64,000 nucleotides of DNA from an uncultured Hyphomicrobiales bacterium. Lineage in GTDB: Bacteria > Pseudomonadota > Alphaproteobacteria > Rhizobiales > Xanthobacteraceae. Positions 1 to 9,998 of the stretch are shown here, one piece after another. The DNA is taken from positions 40,520-104,519 of the forward strand of contig CAZPBF010000025.1 in NCBI GenBank assembly GCA_964584855.1, written 5' to 3'. The first letter of the stretch is position 1. The number at the start of each line of letters is the position of its first letter. Under the pieces are notes generated by a model. The model made no database searches. It saw only the letters and a list, made by a program, of their open reading frames with translations, and was not told the origin of the DNA. A program made the translations under genes and the position numbers.

Positions 1-170
<170 letters not shown>

Positions 171-287
171 CGCCTGCGCCACTGTTAAGAAGTGCGGCTG
201 TCACATGACGAAACGGATTTTGATTTCCGCAGAGGCCCGCGTCCCGCGTAAACGGCAAGGGGTGAGCTTGGGCGGGGAGGCGGCATC

Positions 288-2114
288 ATGTGCGGCATCG
301 TAGGGATTCTCGGCCGGGAGGCGGTGGCACCGCATCTCGTCGAGGCGCTCAAGCGTCTGGAATATCGCGGCTACGATTCAGCGGGCGTCGCGACCGTCGA
401 GAACGGCCATCTCGGCCGGCGGCGCGCCGAAGGAAAGTTGAAAAATCTCGAAGCCAAGCTGTCGCGCGAACCGCTTTCCGGCGCGAGCGGCATCGGCCAC
501 ACCCGCTGGGCGACGCACGGCAAGCCGACCGAAAGCAACGCGCATCCGCATGCGACCGACAAGCTCGCAGTCGTGCATAACGGCATCATCGAGAATTTCC
601 GCGAGCTTCGCGAGGAAGTCGAGAAGGGCGGAGCAAAATTCTCTTCCGACACCGACACCGAGGTCGTGGCGCAGCTCGTGACGGCCGAGATGAAGAAGGG
701 CAAGTCCGCGATCGAGGCGGTGCAAAAGACGCTGCCGCGTCTGCGCGGCGCGTTCGCGCTCGCCTTCGTCTTTGCGGGCGAGGACGATCTCATGATCGGC
801 GCGCGCAAGGGCTCGCCGCTCGCGATCGGGCACGGCAAGGGCGAGATGTATCTCGGCTCCGACGCGATCGCGCTCGCGCCGTTCACCGATTCAGTGACCT
901 ATCTCGAAGACGGCGACTGGGCCGTCATGCGACGCGACAGCCTGCAGGTGCGCGACGCGCAGGATCGCCTCGTCAATCGCCCGGTCATCAAGACGACCGG
1001 CACGACCTTCGTCGCCGACAAGGGCAACCATCGCCATTTCATGGCGAAGGAAATCCACGAGCAGCCCGAGGTCGTCGCGCATACTCTGTCGCATTACATC
1101 GACATGACCGCCGAGCGCGTGGTGCTGCCGGGCGAACTGCCGTTCGACTTCAAGGATGTCGAGCGCGTCGCGATCTCGGCCTGCGGCACCGCCTATTACG
1201 CCGGCCTGGTCGCGAAATACTGGTTCGAGCGCTACGCCCGCCTGCCGGTCGAGATCGATATCGCGTCCGAATTTCGTTATCGCGAAGCCCCGCTGCGCAA
1301 GGGTGATCTCTCGATCTTTGTGTCGCAATCGGGCGAAACCGCCGACACGCTCGCCTCGCTGCGCTACGCCAAGGAGCATGACCAGCACGTTCTCTCGGTC
1401 GTCAACGTGCAGTCATCCTCGATCGCGCGCGAGAGCAACGTCATCATGCCGACGCATGCCGGTCCGGAGATCGGCGTCGCCTCGACCAAGGCCTTCACCT
1501 GCCAGCTGGCCGTGCTCGCCTGCCTCGCCATCGCCGCAGGCCGCGCGCGCGGCACGTTGAGCGAGGCGGAGGAGCGCAAGCTCGTGCGCGCGCTAATCGA
1601 GGTGCCGCGCCACATGAACGACGTGCTCGCGATGGAAGGCCGGATCGAGGAGATCGCGCAATCGATCTCCAAGAGCCGCGACGTGCTTTATCTCGGTCGC
1701 GGCACGAGCTTTCCGCTCGCGCTCGAAGGCGCGCTGAAGCTGAAGGAAATTTCCTACATCCACGCCGAAGGCTATGCCGCGGGCGAGCTCAAGCACGGTC
1801 CGATCGCGCTGATCGACGAGAGCATGCCGGTGATCGTGATCGCTCCGTATGACGGCGTGTTCGAGAAGACCGCCTCAAACATGCAGGAGGTCGCCGCGCG
1901 TGGCGGCAAGATCATCCTCGTCACCGACCCGAAAGGGGCGAAGGAGGCGATGATGCCGCAGATTACGACCATCACGCTGCCCGAGATGCCGACCTCGATT
2001 GCGCCGCTGGTTTATGCAATTCCCGTGCAGCTTCTGGCCTATCACGCTGCGGTGAGCCTCGGCACCGACGTGGATCAGCCGCGCAACCTTGCAAAGTCGG
2101 TCACGGTCGAGTAA
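288..2114 (+). CDS. glmS: Glutamine--fructose-6-phosphate aminotransferase
   Basis: 608-aa ORF starting MCGIVG (N-terminal Cys nucleophile of class-II amidotransferases), followed by SIS-domain sequence, ending KSVTVE. RBS ggggagg at 274-280, 7 nt before the ATG. Confidence 0.97.
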   Translation: MCGIVGILGREAVAPHLVEALKRLEYRGYDSAGVATVENGHLGRRRAEGKLKNLEAKLSREPLSGASGIGHTRWATHGKPTESNAHPHATDKLAVVHNGIIENFRELREEVEKGGAKFSSDTDTEVVAQLVTAEMKKGKSAIEAVQKTLPRLRGAFALAFVFAGEDDLMIGARKGSPLAIGHGKGEMYLGSDAIALAPFTDSVTYLEDGDWAVMRRDSLQVRDAQDRLVNRPVIKTTGTTFVADKGNHRHFMAKEIHEQPEVVAHTLSHYIDMTAERVVLPGELPFDFKDVERVAISACGTAYYAGLVAKYWFERYARLPVEIDIASEFRYREAPLRKGDLSIFVSQSGETADTLASLRYAKEHDQHVLSVVNVQSSSIARESNVIMPTHAGPEIGVASTKAFTCQLAVLACLAIAAGRARGTLSEAEERKLVRALIEVPRHMNDVLAMEGRIEEIAQSISKSRDVLYLGRGTSFPLALEGALKLKEISYIHAEGYAAGELKHGPIALIDESMPVIVIAPYDGVFEKTASNMQEVAARGGKIILVTDPKGAKEAMMPQITTITLPEMPTSIAPLVYAIPVQLLAYHAAVSLGTDVDQPRNLAKSVTVE

Positions 2115-2169
2115 CCGCGGCATCAACTCGCAGCGCAGGCCATAGGCCCGCCGCACCGTTTTTCCTATA

Positions 2170-2979
2170 ATGCTTCGGAACGTGCCCGAAAGCCGGGAAC
2201 CCTTATTCATGACTGCAGAACAGAACCCCCAGGACCAGCCTGAGGACATCATGGAAATCGACCAGCCGCCGACCGGGCTCGGCGGGCGGGTTCGAAACTA
2301 TTTCCTGACAGGATTGGTCGTAGCCGGTCCGCTCGCCGTCACGGCCTGGCTGATCTGGTCGTTCGTCACCTGGGTGGACGACCTGGTGCGGCCGCTCGTG
2401 CCGGAAATGTACCGTCCGGAAACCTACCTGCCGTGGAAAATCCCGGGCTCCGGCCTCGTGATCGCGTTCTTCGCGCTCACCATGCTCGGCTTCCTCACCG
2501 CCAACCTCGTGGGACGCACGCTGCTGCAGTTGAGCGAGAGCGTGCTCGACCGCATGCCGATCGTGCGGCCGATCTACAAGACGGTGAAGCAGGTCTTCAC
2601 CATGCTGTTCTCGAAATCGGGCACGAGCTTCCGAAAGGTCGGCCTCGTCGAGTTTCCCGCGCCCGGCATGTGGTCGCTTGTATTCATCTCGCAGCCGCCG
2701 AGCGCGGACATCGCCGCGCGCCTGCCGGAGAGCGACGACCAGATTTCATGCTTCATGCCCTGCACGCCCAACCCGACCACTGGATTCTTCTTCTATTTGC
2801 CGCGCCGCATGATTATCGAGCTCGACATTCCGGTGGAGGGGGCGGCGACGCTCCTGATGTCCGCTGGCATGGTCCAGCCGAGCGGCGGCAATGGCGACCA
2901 GCAGAGGCTTGCCGCGATGGCCGCGACCGCTCGAGCGGCACAGGCGGCGCGCACCGGCAAGCCCGCGACGGCGAAATAG
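2170..2979 (+). CDS. DUF502-family membrane protein
   Basis: Two N-terminal TM helices, then IPGSG...LDRMPIVRPIYKTVKQV...TPNPTTGFFFY, the conserved DUF502 pattern as I remember it. An alternative ATG at 2209 is possible. Confidence 0.75.
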   Translation: MLRNVPESREPLFMTAEQNPQDQPEDIMEIDQPPTGLGGRVRNYFLTGLVVAGPLAVTAWLIWSFVTWVDDLVRPLVPEMYRPETYLPWKIPGSGLVIAFFALTMLGFLTANLVGRTLLQLSESVLDRMPIVRPIYKTVKQVFTMLFSKSGTSFRKVGLVEFPAPGMWSLVFISQPPSADIAARLPESDDQISCFMPCTPNPTTGFFFYLPRRMIIELDIPVEGAATLLMSAGMVQPSGGNGDQQRLAAMAATARAAQAARTGKPATAK

Positions 2980-3054
2980 CTTTTCTGCAACGCAGACATT
3001 GCAACCGTCGTCATGCCCGGCCATGACGCATGCGTTCGCTTCGCGCGAAGCCGG

Positions 3055-5154
3055 CTAACCGGCCTGTAAAAGGCGCACGGCCTCGTCCCGCTCGAACAGA
3101 TAGAGCAGGTGCCGCACTGCTTCGCCGCGCTCACCCGCAAGCTGCGGATCGCGCGACAGGATCAGCGCCGCGTCGTCGCGCGCGGCAGCAAGCATGCCGC
3201 CATGCACGCTTAACCGCGCGATGTGAAAGCCCGGATCGCCGCTCTGGCGCGTGCCGAGCACGTCGCCTTCGCCGCGCAGCTTCAGGTCCTCCTCGGCGAT
3301 GCGGAAGCCGTCTTCGGTCTCGCGCATGATCGCAAGCCGTGCTTTCGCGGTCTCGCCGAGCGGGGCCTTGTAGAGAAGGAGACAGGTCGAGCGGCCCGTC
3401 CCGCGTCCGATCCGGCCACGCAACTGGTGAAGCTGCGCGAGGCCGAACCGCTCGGCATGTTCGATCACCATCACGGTTGCTTCCGGCACATCGACGCCGA
3501 CCTCGATCACGGTTGTCGCGACCAGAAGCCTCGTTTCTCCGCGCGAAAAGCGCGTCATGGCGGCATCCTTGTCGGCGCCCCGCATCTTGCCGTGAACCAG
3601 ATCGACGCGATCGCCGAAACGATCTTTCAGTTCGGCGAAACGTTCCTCTGCGGCGGCGAGATCGCTTGTCTCGCTTTCCTCGACCAGCGGGCAAACCCAG
3701 TAGACGCGCTGGCCTTCGTCGAGCGCGCGACCCACGGCCGCGACCGTCTCGGGCAAACGGTCGAGAGCGACGGTTCGTGTGTCGATGGGTTGCCGGCCGG
3801 CCGGCTTTTCCCTCAATTCGGAGACATCCATGTCGCCGAAATAGGTGAGAACCAGCGTGCGCGGGATCGGCGTCGCGGTCATCACCAGAACGTCGACCGC
3901 CTCGCCCTTGCGCGCGAGCGCGAGCCGCTGATGCACGCCGAAGCGATGCTGTTCGTCGACGATAGCAAGCCCGAGGTCGCGGAACGTGACTTCGTCCTGA
4001 AACAGCGCGTGCGTCCCGATCAGAAGCTGCACGTCGCCGTTCGCGAGCCGGTCGAGCACCTGCTCGCGCGCGGCACCGCGTTCGCGGCCGGTCAAGATTT
4101 CCACTTTCATTCCGGCGGCCTGCGCGAGCGGGGCAATGGTCTTCAAATGCTGGCGCGCAAGGATCTCGGTCGGCGCCATCAGGGCTACTTGTCGGCCTGC
4201 CTCGATCACCGCCGCGGCGGCTAGCAGCGCAACAACCGTCTTTCCCGATCCGACGTCACCCTGCAGCATGCGCAGCATCCGCTGCGGCTTGCCGAGATCG
4301 TCGACGATCGCTTCGAGTGCAGCGTGCTGTGAAAGCGTGAGCGAATAGGGGAGCGACCCGATGATGGTTTTGCGAAGGTGCCCATCGCCCGCACTGCCGC
4401 GTCCCGATTGCCGGCGCAAGTGAGCGCGCAGAAGCGAGAGGGCGACCTGGCCCGCGAGCAATTCGTCATAGGCTAGCCGCGTCCATGCCGCGCTGTCTGG
4501 TTCAATGTCCTTCGTCTCGGCGGGCCGGTGCAGCGTCTGCAGCGCCGTCCTGAAATCGGGCAAGCCGCGCTGCTTCAGCCAGGCTGCGTCCTGCCATTCC
4601 GGGAGGACGGGCACATTGGGCAGCGCATCGTCGATCGCGCGCCTGATCTGGGCCGGATGAAGGCCCTCGGTCATCGGGTAGACCGGCTCGATCATCGGCA
4701 AGGCCGCAAGCCCCGCTTCATCCACCACGCGGTCGGGATGCACCATCTGCAGCATGCCGTCGTAAAGCTGCGCAATGCCTGACACGTAGCGCGTCTCGCC
4801 GACCGGCATCGCCTTCTTCAGCTGATCTTCGCGGCCATGAAAATAGGTGAGCACGATGTCGCCGGTGTCGTCGCTGGCGTAGACGAGATAGGGGACACGC
4901 GCCCGGCCCGGCGGGGATGGTCGATGCCGGTCGATCGTGACCTTGACGGTCGCGACCGTGCCGGGAACCACGTCTCGCAAAAGCGGACGCGCGCGGCGGT
5001 CGATGGCGCTGCCCGGCAGGTGAAACAACAGGTCGATGACGCGCGCCTCCTCTTCGCGCCCAAACAGGTGGCGGAACAGCTTTTCGACTTTCGGCCCGAC
5101 GCCTTTCAGCGTGCGGATCGAGGCGAAGAAGGGTGAGAGGAGCGAAGGGCGCAT
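3055..5154 (-). CDS. recG: ATP-dependent DNA helicase RecG
   Basis: Superfamily-2 helicase motifs GDVGSGKT and VDEQHRFGV, plus a wedge-domain N-terminus starting MRPSLLSPFFASIRTLKGVG. I trimmed the 837-aa track ORF to the internal ATG at 5154, because the extension overlaps sdhE and is Arg/Pro/Gly-rich. Confidence 0.93.
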   Translation of the reverse strand: MRPSLLSPFFASIRTLKGVGPKVEKLFRHLFGREEEARVIDLLFHLPGSAIDRRARPLLRDVVPGTVATVKVTIDRHRPSPPGRARVPYLVYASDDTGDIVLTYFHGREDQLKKAMPVGETRYVSGIAQLYDGMLQMVHPDRVVDEAGLAALPMIEPVYPMTEGLHPAQIRRAIDDALPNVPVLPEWQDAAWLKQRGLPDFRTALQTLHRPAETKDIEPDSAAWTRLAYDELLAGQVALSLLRAHLRRQSGRGSAGDGHLRKTIIGSLPYSLTLSQHAALEAIVDDLGKPQRMLRMLQGDVGSGKTVVALLAAAAVIEAGRQVALMAPTEILARQHLKTIAPLAQAAGMKVEILTGRERGAAREQVLDRLANGDVQLLIGTHALFQDEVTFRDLGLAIVDEQHRFGVHQRLALARKGEAVDVLVMTATPIPRTLVLTYFGDMDVSELREKPAGRQPIDTRTVALDRLPETVAAVGRALDEGQRVYWVCPLVEESETSDLAAAEERFAELKDRFGDRVDLVHGKMRGADKDAAMTRFSRGETRLLVATTVIEVGVDVPEATVMVIEHAERFGLAQLHQLRGRIGRGTGRSTCLLLYKAPLGETAKARLAIMRETEDGFRIAEEDLKLRGEGDVLGTRQSGDPGFHIARLSVHGGMLAAARDDAALILSRDPQLAGERGEAVRHLLYLFERDEAVRLLQAG

Positions 5155-5298
5155 CGCGCGGCACTCTATCACCACCTCTTCTGTGGAGCCGTCGCGTCCT
5201 TCAGGATTTGACGCTGACAAAGCGTCGCGAACGCCTATATAAAACCTCGCGCCCGGCCCGTCCGGGCTTTTGGCGTTGCGCCCTGCGGAGAACGAAGG

Positions 5299-5589
5299 AT
5301 GACCGGTTCCACGCGGTCGAGCGACGGACTGGACGAGAGGCGGCGGCGGCTTCTGTTCCGCTCGTGGCATCGTGGCATCCGCGAAACCGATCTCCTCCTC
5401 GGGCGTTTCGCCGATTCCGAGATCGCCGGGCTGACGGACCGCGACCTCGACGAATACGAGCGTCTGCTCGACGTGCCCGACCACGATCTCTATGCATGGG
5501 TGACAAATGACGGCGTTGCGCCGCCTGAATACGATACCGGGTTGTTCCGGCGCCTGTGCGCGTTCCATCGCGGCCAGAAAGTGACCTGA
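5299..5589 (+). CDS. sdhE: FAD assembly factor SdhE (succinate dehydrogenase assembly factor 2 family)
   Basis: 96 aa with RRRLLFRSWHRGIRETDLLLGRF, the SdhE/Sdh5 core motif. RBS gaagg lies before the ATG. The stop overlaps the mfd start (ATGA at 5587-5591). Confidence 0.85.
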   Translation: MTGSTRSSDGLDERRRRLLFRSWHRGIRETDLLLGRFADSEIAGLTDRDLDEYERLLDVPDHDLYAWVTNDGVAPPEYDTGLFRRLCAFHRGQKVT

Positions 5590-8500
5590 TGGCGCGCTCT
5601 CCGGCCGATCTGCTGAAAGCGTCCCGTCCGCTCATGCTTGCCGGCGTCGCCGACGGCGCGGAAGGGCTCGTGCTCGGCGATCTTGCGCGCGCGATTGCGG
5701 CGCGCCCGGATGCTCCGGCGATCAGCCTCGTCGCGGTCTGCCGCGATGCGCCGCGCATGGCGGCTCTCAGCCGCGGGTTGTCTTTCTTCGCGCCGGACGT
5801 CGCGACGCTTGAATTCCCCGCCTGGGATTGCCTCCCCTATGACCGGGTTTCTCCCAATGGCGGGGTGCTGGCGCAGCGCATGACCACGCTGTCGCGGCTT
5901 GCGCACGTGCAAGGGCGCGACAAGCCCTCGATCCTGCTCACGACGGTGAACGCGATTACGCAGCGCGTCCCGCCGAAAAAGGTCGTGGCGGGGCAATCGC
6001 TGTCGGCAGCCCCGGGCAACGTGCTCGGCATGGAGAACATCGTCCGCTGGCTCGAGCTGAACGGGTTCACGCGCTCCTCGACGGTGCGCGAACCGGGGGA
6101 ATACGCGGTGCGCGGCGGCATCCTCGATCTTTTCCCGCCCGGCCTCGACGATCCGGTACGGCTCGATTTTTTCGGCGACCAGCTTGAATCGATCCGCAGT
6201 TTCGATTCCGACAGCCAGCGCACGATGGGCGAATTGCGTCACCTCGATCTCGTGCCTGCCGCAGAATTCCAGCTGACGACCGAAACCATTTCGAAATTTC
6301 GCACCGGCTATGTCGCGGCGTTCGGCGCGCCCGCGCGCGACGATCTTCTGTACGAGGCGATCAGCGAGGGTCGCCGCTACGGCGGCATGGAGCATTGGCT
6401 GCCGCTATTTCACGATCGGCTTGATACGCTGTTCGACTATGTGCCGGGGTCGGCGCTCGCGATCGAGCCGCTGGGCGAGGACGCCGCGCATGAACGGCTC
6501 GCGCAGGTGGCGGATTATTACGAGGCGCGCCAGCATCCGCTCGACGTGGCGAGCGCCGGGCCACCATACAAGCCGCTGCCGCCGGACCGCCTCTACCTGA
6601 CCGAACAGGAATGGAAGACACGGCTGGACGGCGTCGCCATCGCGCGCGTCACTCAATTTTCGCAGCCGGCGGCCAACGACGTCATCGATGTCGGCGCAAA
6701 GCAGGGGCGCAACTTCTCCGCCGAGCGCGCCGAGCCGAACGCCAACGTGTTCGACGCGGTGACCAAGCACGTGACCGCATTGCAGGCGCAGGGCAAGCGT
6801 GTCGTCATCGGGCTGTGGAGCCAGGGCGCGCGCGAGCGCATGACCCACGTGCTGCGCGACCACGGCCTGCCCAATCTCGGCAACGTGGCGTCGTGGGCGG
6901 ACGCGCTGGAGCGGCCGAAGCCTGACATCGCGCTCGCCGTGCTCGGCATCGAATCCGGATTCGAAACCCCGGATGCCGCGATCATCAGCGAACAGGACAT
7001 CCTCGGCGACCGGCTGGTGCGGCGGCGCAAGGCGGCCAAGCGCGCAGAGAATTTCATCGCCGAGGCGACGAGCCTGTCTTCGGGAGATCTCGTGGTTCAT
7101 GTCGATCACGGCATCGGCCGGTTTGTCGGGCTGAAGACGATCGAGGCCGCAGGCGCGCCTCACGACTGCCTGGAAATCCACTACGCCGACGAGAACAAGC
7201 TCTACCTGCCGGTCGAGAATATCGAGCTTCTCTCGCGCTACGGCTCGGAAGAAGCGGGCGTGCAGCTCGACAAGCTCGGCGGCGGCGCGTGGCAGGCGCG
7301 CAAGGCGCGCATGAAAAGTCGCATCCGCGAGATGGCGCATGAGCTTCTCAAGATTGCGGCCGAGCGAAAGCTGCGCGAAGCGGCAAAGCTCACGGTCCCG
7401 GCCGGCATGTACGACGAGTTCTGCGCAGGCTTCCCGTACGAGGAGACCGAGGATCAACAGGCCGCAATTGACGCGACGCTCAAGGATCTCGGCGAAGGTC
7501 GTCCGATGGATCGGCTGGTATGCGGCGACGTCGGCTTCGGCAAGACCGAGGTCGCGCTGCGCGCCGCCTTCGTGACCGCGATGAGCGGCAAGCAGGTGGC
7601 TGTCGTCGTGCCGACGACGCTGCTCGCGCGCCAGCATTTCAAGACATTCAACGAGCGCTTTCACGGCTTTCCGGTGAAGATCGCGCTCGCCTCGCGGCTC
7701 GTTTCGGCGGCGGACATGGCAAAGGCCAAGGCCGCGCTCGCCGCGGGTGAGCTCGACATCGTGGTCGGCACGCATGCGCTGCTTGGGCGCGGAATCAACT
7801 TCAGGGATCTTGGTCTGATCGTGGTCGACGAGGAGCAGCATTTCGGGGTCGCGCACAAGGAGAAGCTGAAGCAGCTTCGCGCCGAGGTGCATGTGCTGAC
7901 GCTCACCGCAACGCCGATCCCGCGCACCCTGCAGCTTGCTTTGACAGGCGTGCGCGACCTTTCGATCATCGCATCTCCGCCGGTCGACCGGCTTGCAGTG
8001 CGCACCTTCGTATCGCCGTTCGATCCTCTGGTCGTGCGCGAGGCGCTTTTGCGCGAACGCTATCGCGGCGGGCAATCCTTCTATGTTTGTCCGCGGATCG
8101 AGGATCTCGCCGGCGCGAAGGACTTCCTGGACAAGGCCGTTCCGGAGGTCAAGGTGGCGGTCGCGCACGGGCAGATGCCTCCGACCGTGCTCGAGGACAT
8201 CATGTCGGCCTTCTACGACGGCAAATACGATGTGCTGCTGTCCACGACGATCGTTGAATCCGGCCTCGACATTCCGACTGCCAATACGCTGATCGTGCAT
8301 CGCGCCGACCGCTTCGGCCTGGCGCAGCTTTACCAGCTGCGCGGACGGGTGGGACGCGCGAAGTTGCGGGCCTACGCGCTGTTCACGCTGCCGGAAAAGA
8401 AACGCATCACCGCGCAGGCCGAACGGCGGCTGACGGTGCTGCAATCGCTCGACACGCTCGGCGCGGGCTTCCAGCTTGCCTCGCACGACCTCGATATCCG

Positions 8501-9092
8501 CGGCGCGGGCAATCTTCTCGGCGAGGAGCAGTCCGGCCACATCAAGGAAGTGGGCTTCGAGCTGTACCAGCAGATGCTGGAAGAGGCAGTCATGTCGCTG
8601 AAGGCTGGCATCAAGGAGCCGGTCGCCGACCGCTGGTCGCCGCAGATCACGATCGGGATGCCGGTGCTTATTCCCGACGAATATGTCGCGGACCTTTCGG
8701 TGCGGCTCTCGCTCTACCGCAGGCTGGCCGAGGTCGAGGACGAGCGCGAGATCGACGCGTTCGGTGCCGAACTCGTCGACCGGTTCGGCCCCATTCCGGA
8801 GGAAGCCGAGCACCTTCTCAAGATCGTCGCGATCAAGGCCCTGTGCCGCAAGGCGAATGTCGAGAAGGCCGATACCGGACCGAAAGGCGCAGTGATTTCG
8901 TTCCGCGACAACAAGTTCGCCAATCCGGAAGCGCTGCTGCGCTTCATCTCAAAGCACGACAGCGCGAAAGTGCGCCCGGACATGAAGGTCGTATTCCTGG
9001 AGGACTGGGAAAAGCCGGAGGATCGCCTCGAAGGCACCGCCGCGATCCTGCGCGACCTCGTCAGGCTCGCGCAGCCCGCCAAGGCTGCCTGA
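5589..9092 (+). CDS. mfd: Transcription-repair coupling factor Mfd
   Basis: About 1167 aa with helicase motifs GDVGFGKTEVALRAAF and VDEEQHFGV, and a C-terminal TRCF domain. I chose the start at ATG 5589 (MARSPADLL), which is coupled to the sdhE stop. Confidence 0.96.
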   Translation: MARSPADLLKASRPLMLAGVADGAEGLVLGDLARAIAARPDAPAISLVAVCRDAPRMAALSRGLSFFAPDVATLEFPAWDCLPYDRVSPNGGVLAQRMTTLSRLAHVQGRDKPSILLTTVNAITQRVPPKKVVAGQSLSAAPGNVLGMENIVRWLELNGFTRSSTVREPGEYAVRGGILDLFPPGLDDPVRLDFFGDQLESIRSFDSDSQRTMGELRHLDLVPAAEFQLTTETISKFRTGYVAAFGAPARDDLLYEAISEGRRYGGMEHWLPLFHDRLDTLFDYVPGSALAIEPLGEDAAHERLAQVADYYEARQHPLDVASAGPPYKPLPPDRLYLTEQEWKTRLDGVAIARVTQFSQPAANDVIDVGAKQGRNFSAERAEPNANVFDAVTKHVTALQAQGKRVVIGLWSQGARERMTHVLRDHGLPNLGNVASWADALERPKPDIALAVLGIESGFETPDAAIISEQDILGDRLVRRRKAAKRAENFIAEATSLSSGDLVVHVDHGIGRFVGLKTIEAAGAPHDCLEIHYADENKLYLPVENIELLSRYGSEEAGVQLDKLGGGAWQARKARMKSRIREMAHELLKIAAERKLREAAKLTVPAGMYDEFCAGFPYEETEDQQAAIDATLKDLGEGRPMDRLVCGDVGFGKTEVALRAAFVTAMSGKQVAVVVPTTLLARQHFKTFNERFHGFPVKIALASRLVSAADMAKAKAALAAGELDIVVGTHALLGRGINFRDLGLIVVDEEQHFGVAHKEKLKQLRAEVHVLTLTATPIPRTLQLALTGVRDLSIIASPPVDRLAVRTFVSPFDPLVVREALLRERYRGGQSFYVCPRIEDLAGAKDFLDKAVPEVKVAVAHGQMPPTVLEDIMSAFYDGKYDVLLSTTIVESGLDIPTANTLIVHRADRFGLAQLYQLRGRVGRAKLRAYALFTLPEKKRITAQAERRLTVLQSLDTLGAGFQLASHDLDIRGAGNLLGEEQSGHIKEVGFELYQQMLEEAVMSLKAGIKEPVADRWSPQITIGMPVLIPDEYVADLSVRLSLYRRLAEVEDEREIDAFGAELVDRFGPIPEEAEHLLKIVAIKALCRKANVEKADTGPKGAVISFRDNKFANPEALLRFISKHDSAKVRPDMKVVFLEDWEKPEDRLEGTAAILRDLVRLAQPAKAA

Positions 9093-9113
9093 GTTATCAG
9101 ATCGGGAAGATCA

Positions 9114-9377
9114 TCACGCGCGGCTTGCGCGGCCGGCTGCACGCGCCGGCGCGGTGCGAACCTTCAGAAAGTTGCGGCCGCGCGCCGTCACGACGACGAC
9201 TGCGCCTTGATCCGGCGAGTGCTTTCTTTCTACAAGCCCGCGCTCGACCGCGTCCTCCCAAACCGTGAGACGCGGGCAGGAGGTGCGCCACACGTTCATG
9301 ACCTGTGCATGCGTACGCGTTTCGCGCGCGACCCACTCGACAAGATCGAAGATCAGCGGTTCGATGTCGTCTGCCAT
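9114..9377 (-). CDS. Small conserved hypothetical protein (87 aa)
   Basis: Internal ATG of the 229-aa track ORF. MADDIEPLIFDLVEWVARETRTHAQVMNVWRTSCPRLTVWEDAVERGLVE has protein-like composition, whereas the upstream extension is Arg/Asp/His-rich noise overlapping hupE. No family assigned. Confidence 0.5.
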   Translation of the reverse strand: MADDIEPLIFDLVEWVARETRTHAQVMNVWRTSCPRLTVWEDAVERGLVERKHSPDQGAVVVVTARGRNFLKVRTAPARAAGRASRA

Positions 9378-9407
9378 CGGCGGCTCCGGCGGCGTGAGTG
9401 TACCCAA

Positions 9408-9998
9408 ATGCCGAAAAGCGCAAGTCTTGCCCGGTTCGCTGCGATCGCTGCGCTGGCGCCGGGGATGGCGTTCGCCCATTCCGGCGATATCGCGGGTGGA
9501 TTTGCCAACGGATTCACGCATCCGCTGTTCGGGGCGGATCACGTCGTTGCGATGGTCGCGGTCGGATTGTGGGGTGCGTTTCTCGGTATGCCCGCGCTCT
9601 GGATCCTGCCGGTTGTGTTTCCACTCGTGATGGCGTTCGGCGGCATCCTCGGTATCGCCGGGATGCCGCTTCCATTCGTCGAAATCGGCATCGCGCTTTC
9701 GGCCATCGTGCTCGGCGTCATGGTCGCGGTCGCGGCGCAGCCGCCGCTTGCAGTCGCGGGGCTCCTGGTCGGTGCGTTCGCGATCTTCCACGGCCACGCG
9801 CATGGCACCGAATTGCCGCTCGCGGCCGATCCGGCCGCCTTCGCCATCGGGTTTGTGATCGCGACCGGCCTATTGCATCTGTCCGGCATCGCCTTCGGCC
9901 TGCTTGCGCGCTGGTCGAAGGGACTGCTCGCGGTGCGCGCGGCGGGCGCAAGCATCGCATTCGCGGGCTTCGCCTTTCTCGGGCAAGCCTTGTCGTAG
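9408..9998 (+). CDS. hupE: HupE/UreJ-family (Ni/Co-type) membrane transporter
   Basis: Signal peptide, then the HPLFGADH and FHGHAHG signature motifs of HupE/UreJ, and about six TM helices. Start taken at internal ATG 9408. Confidence 0.85.
   Translation: MPKSASLARFAAIAALAPGMAFAHSGDIAGGFANGFTHPLFGADHVVAMVAVGLWGAFLGMPALWILPVVFPLVMAFGGILGIAGMPLPFVEIGIALSAIVLGVMVAVAAQPPLAVAGLLVGAFAIFHGHAHGTELPLAADPAAFAIGFVIATGLLHLSGIAFGLLARWSKGLLAVRAAGASIAFAGFAFLGQALS

Noticed and set aside
171-287. glmS ribozyme or other leader upstream of glmS
   Set aside because: The glmS ribozyme is a Gram-positive element. The 117-nt spacer shows no pseudoknotted core I can recognise and is simply the glmU-glmS spacer with an RBS.
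5155-5568. N-terminal 138-codon extension of the recG ORF (track ORF 3055-5568)
   Set aside because: The extension overlaps sdhE on the other strand and has Pro/Arg/Gly-rich composition. RecG homologues start at the MRPSLL...LKGVG segment.
6405-8813. 802-aa ORF antisense to mfd
   Set aside because: It is fully nested opposite a gene with unmistakable Mfd motifs. The product is Arg/Leu/His/Asp-rich with no recognisable domain. Long antisense ORFs are expected in DNA of about 65% G+C because stop codons are rare.
9100-9407. Possible cobalamin riboswitch upstream of hupE/ureJ
   Set aside because: HupE/UreJ cobalt transporters are often B12-riboswitch controlled. However, I could not find a B12 box or the conserved GGGAA / GCCACTG-type cores. 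The region instead encodes a plausible 87-aa protein on the other strand and leaves only 30 nt of spacer.
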